Virus record (IMG/VR): IMGVR_UViG_3300037479_000376
Coordinates: 1-24,757 of that record
Reading direction: 5' to 3' (one strand)
DNA from: a virus
Lineage: Duplodnaviria; Caudoviricetes
Length of the DNA stretch: 24,757 bases
In this document: positions 1-6,970 of the stretch, in pieces
Layout of the letters: each line of letters begins with the position of its first letter
How positions within the stretch are numbered: position 1 is the stretch's first letter
The notes under the pieces: model-generated
The model's database searches: none
What the model was told of the DNA's origin: nothing
Seen by the model: the letters and a program-made list of their open reading frames with translations, nothing else
Translations under genes and position numbers: made by a program

Positions 1-476
1 GCGACGTAGCCGACGAGGACCGCGCCGACGACGAGCACCGCGCCCCACGATAGCGCCGACCCCCACCGCGGCTTGACGCGCTCGTCCTGGAGCGCGCGGT
101 CCGTCTCGAGGAGCTGCTTGGTCAGCTCGGCGTTCCGGTCGCGGATCGCGTCGCCGCCGCGCCCGCAGGCGTCGAGCGCGCCCTTGAGGTCCGCGACCTG
201 GCCGGCGACCTCGGCCAGCCGCCGGTCCTCGAGCTCGGCCAGCGCCCGGAGCTTGACCAGCTCGGCGTCGGCCCGCAGGACGGCCCGCCACTCGTCGAGC
301 GTCTCGGTCCCGTCGGCGAGCGCGACGACGTAGCCGCAGACCTGGCGGCCGTCGGCGAGCCGGTAGACGGCGCATTCGGGCAGCGTCGTCGGCCGGACGG
401 GGTCGGCGGCGACGCTACTCGCCGCGAGGAAGATCAGACAGGCGGATGCGAGAGATGGCGTCCAGCGCCTCGGCAT
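1..476 (-). CDS. Spanin-partner-like protein: signal peptide, coiled coil, C-terminal TM (3'-truncated; not in ORF track)
   Basis: Translated by hand from ATG at 476: MPRRWTPSLASACLIFLAASSVAADPVRP...ECAVY...VCGY...coiled coil...RWGSALSWGAVLVVGAVLVGYV. Open to the window edge and overlaps the upstream gene by 62 nt. Confidence 0.75.
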   Translation of the reverse strand, partial: MPRRWTPSLASACLIFLAASSVAADPVRPTTLPECAVYRLADGRQVCGYVVALADGTETLDEWRAVLRADAELVKLRALAELEDRRLAEVAGQVADLKGALDACGRGGDAIRDRNAELTKQLLETDRALQDERVKPRWGSALSWGAVLVVGAVLVGYV

Positions 477-822
477 GACGGACCTCCAGCGCGGCGATCT
501 CGGCGTCGATCTTGGCGACGCGCTCCTCCGAGCCGCGCACGCGCGCCTTGGCGGACACGACCTTCTCGAACTCGCGCGCGGCCTCCGCCGCCGCCGCCGC
601 GTTGGCCTTCTCGACTTCGAGCCGCGTCTTTTCGTGGCGCAGCCGCGCCAGCTCGCGGCGTTCGCGCCCGGCGAGCCGCCACGTCCAGGCGATCAGGCCG
701 ACGCCGACGACGACCAGGACCCCGACTACCAGCCACCGCCACCACGAGCGCGGCTTGCCGGTGTCGGGGTCCTTCTGCCGGTCGACGGCGCCGGCCAGCT
801 TCTGGAGCGCCCCGGCGAGCAC
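415..822 (-). CDS. i-spanin (Rz)-like protein
   Basis: One N-proximal TM (WWRWLVVGVLVVVGVGLIAW) followed by a long coiled coil. Its 3' end overlaps the next gene. Confidence 0.55.
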   Translation of the reverse strand: MLAGALQKLAGAVDRQKDPDTGKPRSWWRWLVVGVLVVVGVGLIAWTWRLAGRERRELARLRHEKTRLEVEKANAAAAAEAAREFEKVVSAKARVRGSEERVAKIDAEIAALEVRHAEALDAISRIRLSDLPRGE

Positions 823-823
823 G

Positions 824-1384
824 TCAGGTCGGCGCCGAGGCGTCCTTGGGTTTCTTGAACCAGCCGAGCAGCTCCTGGGCGAGCACGGAGCCGGGCGGGC
901 CCATGCCGTAGAAGATCGCCATCATGGTCGGTTCCCCGGCGGCGAGCTTGGCGAGGAGCCCCGTCGCGACGCCGGCGCCCATGGCGACCCAGGGCAGGTA
1001 CTTCTTTCCGCGCGACGTCAGCTTGACCGCGGTCTTGAAGGCGGTCAGCAGGACGTTGGTGATCGCCAGCAGCCCTGCGAAGATGGCGAGCCGCTTGGCC
1101 GTCGGGTCGGTCGCGTCGCGGTACGAGTCGTATGCCCGCTTCGCGGCGAGCGCCTCGTCCTTGGCGCGCGCCGCCTCGACCTTCCAGTCGATCGCGTCGG
1201 CGTCCGCCGGCGCCGCCTCGGGTGCGGTGGCCGGCGCGGCGCTCGGTTCGGCCGCCGGTTCGGCCGGCGCCACCTCCGCGCTGGGCGGGTCGTCCTGCGC
1301 AGCGGAATCGGTCGGGGCGAGCAGCGCGATGGCGAGCAGCGCGGCGAACGCTGCCAGCCGGGGCGGGGGTCTGGACCTCGTCAT
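824..1384 (-). CDS. Signal-peptide-bearing membrane protein with holin-like C-terminus (186 aa)
   Basis: SD GAGGAGG. Signal peptide (..SAA|QDD), acidic Pro/Ala linker, then 2-3 TM segments around KKYLPWVA. Confidence 0.65.
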   Translation of the reverse strand: MTRSRPPPRLAAFAALLAIALLAPTDSAAQDDPPSAEVAPAEPAAEPSAAPATAPEAAPADADAIDWKVEAARAKDEALAAKRAYDSYRDATDPTAKRLAIFAGLLAITNVLLTAFKTAVKLTSRGKKYLPWVAMGAGVATGLLAKLAAGEPTMMAIFYGMGPPGSVLAQELLGWFKKPKDASAPT

Positions 1385-1394
1385 GGTTGCCTCC

Positions 1395-1652
1395 TCAGTG
1401 CGTGGTCGCGGCGCGCTCGGCGCCGTTGATGCCGATCTGGTGTTCCAGCTCGTCGGCCGCCCGGCTGAGCCGGTACTGCAGCTCCTCGAGCCGGGCGTAG
1501 CTCGCGGCGGTCCTCCGCTCGATGCCGGCCAGGAGCGCCTCGGTCCTGCGCGACACGCGCGGGGCGTCGGGGTCGGGGCGCGAGCGCGCCGCGATCTGCT
1601 CGGCGCGCGCGGCCGGGTCGGCGGACAGCTTCTCGACGTCGTCGTGGGTCAC
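1395..1652 (-). CDS. Hypothetical soluble coiled-coil protein (~85 aa)
   Basis: Likely GTG start at 1652 overlapping the upstream stop (GTGA), with SD GAGGAGGG. Confidence 0.6.
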   Translation of the reverse strand: MTHDDVEKLSADPAARAEQIAARSRPDPDAPRVSRRTEALLAGIERRTAASYARLEELQYRLSRAADELEHQIGINGAERAATTH

Positions 1653-1879
1653 GGTTCCCTCCTCGCCGCCGCTACGCGCTCGATCGTCTCGACCGTGCGC
1701 GACAGCGTCACCGTCAGGTCGTGGATCTTCCCCGCGTAGGACTCGGCCTTGGTCAAGAGGCGCTCCTCGGCGCGGGCCGCGCGCGCTCGCTCCTTCCAGA
1801 ACAAGAGCCACCCCATCCCGCCGAGGACGCCCAGCGCACCGTACTGGAGCCAGAACTCGAGTTCCGGGGACATCGACAC
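1649..1879 (-). CDS. Single-TM holin-like protein (BhlA/UviB-like topology)
   Basis: 76 aa. LQYGALGVLGGMGWLLFW TM followed by a charged coiled coil. The M-S-M start offers a possible dual start. Confidence 0.6.
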   Translation of the reverse strand: MSMSPELEFWLQYGALGVLGGMGWLLFWKERARAARAEERLLTKAESYAGKIHDLTVTLSRTVETIERVAAARREP

Positions 1880-1880
1880 C

Positions 1881-2405
1881 TCATGGCAGCGGGTTCGCGG
1901 AAGCGCCGACGACGAGGGACGACAGCGGGACGATCGCCGCGCGGCCGATCCCGCCGTCGGACAGGAACACGTCGTAGACGAGCCGCTCGCCCGCCGCGCG
2001 CAGCCGGCGGTAGTCGTCGGCGGTCAGCACGACGTCGGCGCGGTTCCTCCCCTCGGACGGCGCGAGCGTCGCCGTCCTGCGCATCACGATCTCGCCCTCG
2101 GGCCCGCGGCGCGCGACGAACTGGATCGACGGCGCTCCCTGCGTCAGGTCGAACGGCGCGCCCGAACGGTGGAACACCGACAGCCTGAGCGTGACCGTCT
2201 CGCCGTAGTTGACGCGGAGCGCGCGGCGCGGGTTCGCGGGGACGTTCGCGCCCGACTCGCCACCGTCTTCGACGACGCCCTGGAGCTCGACCACCACCGT
2301 GGCCGTGATGATAACACCGCCGGCGTAGCACTCGAAGCCCGACGTGGCGAGCGCCCCGCCGTTGACCGGGCACTCGTGCCCCGACGTGGCGAGCGCGCCG
2401 CTCAC
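1881..2405 (-). CDS. BppU-like Ig-fold virion adaptor (174 aa)
   Basis: GETVTLRLSV....G.PFDLT...ADVVLTADD....YDV pattern; GTGA overlap at the start. Confidence 0.55.
   Translation of the reverse strand: MSGALATSGHECPVNGGALATSGFECYAGGVIITATVVVELQGVVEDGGESGANVPANPRRALRVNYGETVTLRLSVFHRSGAPFDLTQGAPSIQFVARRGPEGEIVMRRTATLAPSEGRNRADVVLTADDYRRLRAAGERLVYDVFLSDGGIGRAAIVPLSSLVVGASANPLP
2328..2396. repeat. 27-nt direct repeat x2 (42-nt period) encoding ALATSG[H/F]EC
   Basis: gcactcg-aag-cccgacgtggcgagcgc at 2328-2354 versus gcactcg-tgc-cccgacgtggcgagcgc at 2370-2396. Confidence 0.9.
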
Positions 2406-3703
2406 TCGGTGTCGACCTTGAAGTCCGTGGGCTGCTGCTGGGCCGAAGGGTTGCGCGTCGAAGTGACGCGCTGGGTCTTGATGGCGCCCGGCTGCTGGGT
2501 TCCGGGGCCCGGTCCCGTGTCGGGGACCGCCGCCGCGAAGTCCGCCCGCGAGAAGAACGTGGTCCGACGCGCCGATGTCTGGAGGAACCCAGAGCCGTCC
2601 TGCTCGTAGACGCGCTGGTCGATGAGCACGTAGCGCCCGAGCCCCGCCTCGTCGATGAGCCCCGAGTCGTTGATGTCGAGCGCGCTCTCGTCGAAGATGG
2701 TCTGGCCGACGCCGCTAAGCAGAACCCTGCCACTCACGCAGGTAGCGTCCGCGGCGAACTGCCCGCTAGCGAACATGATCTCGGCGGCCGCGAACGTCGT
2801 GCCCACGTCCACGTTGCTGAAGTTAGCCAGGCCCGAGTACTCCCACAGCAGCACGATCCCCGGGTTTCCGTCGAAGTCGAAGGTGGCCTGGCCTGGACCG
2901 GAGAGATCGGCGAGGCTGTGCGCCGCGAACGACTTGCACCGGCTTCCGATCACCCCGCCCACGGTGAACTTCCCCCCGGGGCCGAAGCGCACCTTGAAGA
3001 AGAAGCAGTCTTCGAAGAACAGCGCGGCGTTGAGGATCAGCGGGTCGGTCACATCTCCGATGGTGCACCGGCGGAACAGCGACCGCGCCGAATCGATCTG
3101 GCCGAGCAGCTGCACCCCGTCGAACACGGTGTCGTTGGCGTCGAACCCGCCGACGCCGAAGTCGATTTTCACCACGTCCACCAAAGCGGAGACGCCCTCG
3201 ATTAGGAGATCGGTGGCGTCCGCATCCCACACGAGGTCGCCGCTCGCGACGACGTGCCGGATCCCCAGCTTCTCGGCCAGCGAGACCACGCTCGCTAGGT
3301 CGCCGACCGGGTTGTCGATGGTCCCGTTCTCGCCGGGGACGTCGCCGGGCCCCGACCCCTCCGACCAGTAGAGCCGTCCGCGGTAGAGGTCCGCGTAGAA
3401 CGCCCCCGCGGTCACGACCTGGAAATCGAGCAGGACGACGCGCGCGGCCGGGTCGTCGATCTTGAGGGTGAGCCGACCAAGAGTCGTCAGCTCGGTCGGG
3501 TCGAAGGTGTAGATGTACGCCCCGCCGCCCAACTCGGTCACGACGCCGGCGAAGTTGACGAACGGGTTGCCGTTGACCGAGAGCTGGATCTCGGCGCCGG
3601 CGAAGACGAGCCCGGTCTCGGGCGTCGCCCCGTCGGTGCGATCGACCATGAGGAACCCGACTCGCCGATCGACTTGCCGATCGCCGTTAAGTGGTAGCCT
3701 CAC
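2402..3703 (-). CDS. Putative secondary fibre/tailspike-like virion protein (433 aa)
   Basis: GTGA overlap at the start. N-terminal Ig-like domain (PETGL...ELGGGAYIYTF..ELTTLG), GTIDNPV motif, then F/D/C-rich beta-helix-like strands. Confidence 0.6.
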   Translation of the reverse strand: MRLPLNGDRQVDRRVGFLMVDRTDGATPETGLVFAGAEIQLSVNGNPFVNFAGVVTELGGGAYIYTFDPTELTTLGRLTLKIDDPAARVVLLDFQVVTAGAFYADLYRGRLYWSEGSGPGDVPGENGTIDNPVGDLASVVSLAEKLGIRHVVASGDLVWDADATDLLIEGVSALVDVVKIDFGVGGFDANDTVFDGVQLLGQIDSARSLFRRCTIGDVTDPLILNAALFFEDCFFFKVRFGPGGKFTVGGVIGSRCKSFAAHSLADLSGPGQATFDFDGNPGIVLLWEYSGLANFSNVDVGTTFAAAEIMFASGQFAADATCVSGRVLLSGVGQTIFDESALDINDSGLIDEAGLGRYVLIDQRVYEQDGSGFLQTSARRTTFFSRADFAAAVPDTGPGPGTQQPGAIKTQRVTSTRNPSAQQQPTDFKVDTE

Positions 3704-4200
3704 GTCGGCACCGGCTCGAGCGGCGACAGGTTGCCCTGGCCGTCGTTCACGAACCGGGCGGCGACGGTCGCGTATGGGATCCGCGCGCGCACCGCGTCGG
3801 CCATCTGCTGGAGTAGCGCGGCCGGCGGTTCCCTACCAGCGCGCGCGACGACCGCGTGCAAGCCCACGTCGCCGCCGCACGCGCACGCGCCGACCAGCTC
3901 GATCGTCCGCTTGACGTCGTCGAGCGTCGGGTTCTGGATCAACTCGGCGGCGTCCAGGTCGAGGGCGCGCTCGCCGCGCGCCGGCTCGGGGATGCTCGGC
4001 AGCGCGAGCCGACCGCAGTCCACGGCCGCCTGGATGACTAGCGCGTTGTCGACGCGGAGCATCCAGCAGATCGTCAAGCACCAATCGCCGCGGGGGATCG
4101 CGTTCCACGCCGCCTGCGGGTCGGCGGTGACGTTCTTGACCCACGCCACCGACGGGCCGCAGGCCGAGATCGCGCGCAGGCTGGGCACCAGGTTCGCCAT
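3700..4200 (-). CDS. Hypothetical helical protein, possibly Imm5-like
   Basis: AC..SVAW...AWNAIPRGDW and AAVDCGRLALP motifs recall a recurring phage family with Imm5-like domains (recalled, not searched). Confidence 0.55.
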   Translation of the reverse strand: MANLVPSLRAISACGPSVAWVKNVTADPQAAWNAIPRGDWCLTICWMLRVDNALVIQAAVDCGRLALPSIPEPARGERALDLDAAELIQNPTLDDVKRTIELVGACACGGDVGLHAVVARAGREPPAALLQQMADAVRARIPYATVAARFVNDGQGNLSPLEPVPT

Positions 4201-4204
4201 CGAT

Positions 4205-4483
4205 TCACCGCGTCCAGGCGACGACCTGGACGTTGTGCGGACCGCCGCCGGCGCCCGTGCGCCGAACGAACGCCTTGCTTCGGCCGTGGAACGTGTACTC
4301 CTCGCGGCTCGTCGCCGGGATGATGGCCTGCACGTTCTGACCGTCCCAGCTCAGCTCCATGTCGATCGCCGACTCGTTGACGATACGCTGGGCGTCGGAC
4401 GTGAAGCCGAACTCGAACAGCGCGTCGGCGTGGGTGAAGGCCGTCGCCGCCGTCATGTCCCGTCGCGTCCCGAAGTCAGCCAT
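4205..4483 (-). CDS. Small beta-rich hypothetical protein (92 aa)
   Basis: Strong SD, normal codon usage, alternating beta-strand pattern. Confidence 0.75.
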   Translation of the reverse strand: MADFGTRRDMTAATAFTHADALFEFGFTSDAQRIVNESAIDMELSWDGQNVQAIIPATSREEYTFHGRSKAFVRRTGAGGGPHNVQVVAWTR

Positions 4484-4504
4484 GCGCGCCTCCTGCTTGC
4501 GCCC

Positions 4505-4534
4505 ACCGTATCACGGCCGGCGCGGCACCTCCAA
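4505..4534 (-). promoter_or_regulatory. Possible internal promoter
   Basis: TTGGAG, 18-nt spacer, TACGGT with an extended TGn. Lies before SD CAGGAGG and the ATG at 4483. Confidence 0.3.
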
Positions 4535-4879
4535 GGGCCAGAGCAGCCGGCCGGCCCCGATCCCGCCGCCTAGGCATGCTAGCGGTGCCCAGGCCGGGTC
4601 GCCCCGGTAGAACGCGACCGACAGCGCCGCGAGCGCCGCGGCGGACGCGGCGAGGATCAGGACGGCCATCCACCGCGGCCGGACGACCTCGCGGCCGTTC
4701 CAGAAGAAGTGTCCGCCCAGCACGCCGAACGCGAACGCGAGCGGCGGGAAGACTCCGGCGGCGTCCCGGACGACGCCCGAGATCGTCGCGTCGGTGCCGC
4801 CGACGATGGCGGCGACGACGTCGTAGGCGACGACCGCCAGCGTGCCCACCACGAGGACGGCTACCGTGGCGCGCCGCAT
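4511..4879 (-). CDS. Small multi-pass membrane protein (122 aa)
   Basis: About four hydrophobic segments, with D...G...TIS...P..AF..G.L.GHFFW motif. Confidence 0.75.
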   Translation of the reverse strand: MRRATVAVLVVGTLAVVAYDVVAAIVGGTDATISGVVRDAAGVFPPLAFAFGVLGGHFFWNGREVVRPRWMAVLILAASAAALAALSVAFYRGDPAWAPLACLGGGIGAGRLLWPLEVPRRP

Positions 4880-4885
4880 CGGGTC

Positions 4886-5479
4886 CTACCGCGGGTCCAC
4901 CACCGCGTCGACGGCGCCCACCGTCGCGGCGGCGCGCACCGCGTCCTTGAGCGCCGTTCCGGCGTCGAGGTGCGCGCGGACCGTCCCGAGCGCCGTCAAG
5001 AAGAACTGCCCCGCGGTCGCCGCGTCCGGGATCGTCTGCTTGGCCTTGTCGTTCTTGGAGTTCCAGTCGACCGGGTACGTGAACGCCGGGTCGTCCTTCG
5101 CCGTGCCGAGCCCCAGCAGCGTGAGCTGTGAGTTGAGCGAGAGCGAGAACACGACGCCAGAGCCCGGCGGGAACTCGAACCCGGCGTCGATGAGCTGCCG
5201 CGTGCGCGCGTCGATCGCGGCGATCTTCGCTTTCTTGGCCTGGTCGAGCGGCGAGTTGTGCGCGGCGACGACCGCGTCGACGGCGGCCTCGTCGGCCGGG
5301 CTCGGCGCGTCAGCGAAGATCAAGTTGCATAGGCGCGTCTGGTCGCCGTCGTCCTCGGTCGCGAGGCCCAGGAACTCGACCGACAGCGACAGGGCGCGAA
5401 CTTCGGCCACCAGCTCGTCGGTGTCGACGCCGTCCTGGAAGTCGGCGCCGATGTCGTAGGTGAGCGTCGTCTCGGCCAT
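4886..5479 (-). CDS. Tail fibre assembly chaperone-like protein (DUF4376-like C-terminus)
   Basis: LDQAKKAKIAAIDART..LI..GF.F...LKDAVRAAATVGAVDAV pattern, located right after the fibre. Confidence 0.7.
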   Translation of the reverse strand: MAETTLTYDIGADFQDGVDTDELVAEVRALSLSVEFLGLATEDDGDQTRLCNLIFADAPSPADEAAVDAVVAAHNSPLDQAKKAKIAAIDARTRQLIDAGFEFPPGSGVVFSLSLNSQLTLLGLGTAKDDPAFTYPVDWNSKNDKAKQTIPDAATAGQFFLTALGTVRAHLDAGTALKDAVRAAATVGAVDAVVDPR

Positions 5480-5482
5480 CGC

Positions 5483-6964
5483 CTAGAGCCTCCACTCCTT
5501 GATGATCATGACCGCGTGCTCGGTGTCGGGGTTGGTGATCGGCGCGATGGCCGCGGTCCCGCCGGAGGTCGCCCACTCGAGCGCGACCGTGTGCGCGCCG
5601 GCGCCGAGGCCGGACGCGCGCTCCTGGACGGCCACGCCCTGGCGCTGGCTGGCGGCGTGGTCGGACGCGACGCCCTCGAACACGGTCCCGTCGATGGTGA
5701 TGCGCAAGCGGTTCTGCGTGCCGTTCGTCGTGTTCCGCCAGCCCACGGTGGCTTGGATCTCCAGGATGGTCCCCGCCGAGAGCGTGATCGCCTGGGAGAA
5801 GATCGCGGCGAACGTCGAGAGCGTCCGCGTGATGTCCGAGACGAGCCGCCGCGTGATGACCTGCAGGAGCTGGCCGCGGTGTACATGATCCGAACGCGCG
5901 AACGCGCCCGCTGCCCCCTCGGCGTTCGCGATCCCGATGTCAGCCGGGGCCGCCGAGACGATGCCGTGGACGTGATCGGCCAGCGCGAGCGCCGGCCCGG
6001 CCCCGATCGCCGGGACGTCGTCCGGCAGGATCGTCGTCGGCGCGCCAGCCAGGACGTCGTGCTTGTGGTCGGCGCGCGCGGCGAACAGCGACACCCCGAC
6101 GGCCGCCGGGGCGGCGTCCACGTCGACGGGGGCGGCCACGGCTAGCGGCACGGGCAGGCCCCCCGTGATGAAGGCACGGAAACGGTCGGGTCCGACCAGG
6201 GTCTGGACGACGCTGCCGACCTTGCGCGTGTTCGTCCCGGGCGTGAGCGACAGCTTGCCTACGTCGCTGACGAACACCGGGTCGCCGACGACCGCGGTGC
6301 CCAGGATCTCCTGGCTGAACACGCCGAGCGACTTGATCTGGATTAGATCCCCTAGCGCCGGGGTCACCGAGCCGTCGACGCCGCGCTCGAGCACGAACAG
6401 GATGTCGTCGATGTCGGCCGGCACGGTCGCCAGCGCGATGTCGAGGTCGAGCACCTGCTCCTCGCCGGGCAACCCCGCCTTGATCGTGGCCAGGTTGACC
6501 GCTTTAAGCACGTCGCCCTGGACCAGTCCCGCCACGCTCGCGCGGCCGACCGTCGCGAACACCGACTGCGCGATCCCGGCGTCGAACGCCCGCCACATCT
6601 CGTTCAGGTCGGTCGCCCAGCCGTCGGAGGCGTCGGCCTCGATCGTCTCGCCGGCGGCGGCGATGCGGAACCGGGTCTTGACCTGGCGCACCGCCCCGAC
6701 GACGACGTCGATCTGCTCGTCGCCCATGCCCTGGTTGACGACGAGCCGGATGAGGTAGGTCCCCTCCTTCTTCGGGGTGAACGTCGGGTTCTGGATGATC
6801 GCGCTCGAGAGCGCGTCGGCGGGGCCAGGCGGCTGGTCGAGGATCGTCCAGTTAAACGTCAGCTCGCCGCCGATGTTGTTGTTGTCGAGCGAGACGAGCG
6901 TGTCGATCGGCAGGTCGGTGTTCGACCCGGCGACGGCGTTGATGGTGATCTGCGCCTGAGGCAT
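5483..6964 (-). CDS. Tail fibre protein (493 aa)
   Basis: N-terminal PKD-like segment (FNWTILDQP...PTFTPKKEGTYLIRLVV), three DHxH repeats, a C-terminal beta-sandwich, and a chaperone-like gene downstream. Confidence 0.75.
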   Translation of the reverse strand: MPQAQITINAVAGSNTDLPIDTLVSLDNNNIGGELTFNWTILDQPPGPADALSSAIIQNPTFTPKKEGTYLIRLVVNQGMGDEQIDVVVGAVRQVKTRFRIAAAGETIEADASDGWATDLNEMWRAFDAGIAQSVFATVGRASVAGLVQGDVLKAVNLATIKAGLPGEEQVLDLDIALATVPADIDDILFVLERGVDGSVTPALGDLIQIKSLGVFSQEILGTAVVGDPVFVSDVGKLSLTPGTNTRKVGSVVQTLVGPDRFRAFITGGLPVPLAVAAPVDVDAAPAAVGVSLFAARADHKHDVLAGAPTTILPDDVPAIGAGPALALADHVHGIVSAAPADIGIANAEGAAGAFARSDHVHRGQLLQVITRRLVSDITRTLSTFAAIFSQAITLSAGTILEIQATVGWRNTTNGTQNRLRITIDGTVFEGVASDHAASQRQGVAVQERASGLGAGAHTVALEWATSGGTAAIAPITNPDTEHAVMIIKEWRL

Positions 6965-6970
6965 CGCGTC

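Noticed and set aside
4570-4582. Near-palindrome ctaggcatgctag
   Set aside because: Short, imperfect, inside a CDS and not seen repeated.
2328-6964. Diversity-generating retroelement or invertible fibre cassette
   Set aside because: No reverse transcriptase or invertase. No ~100-nt TR/VR pair or inverted crossover sites were noticed by eye; the only repeat found is a short in-frame duplication.
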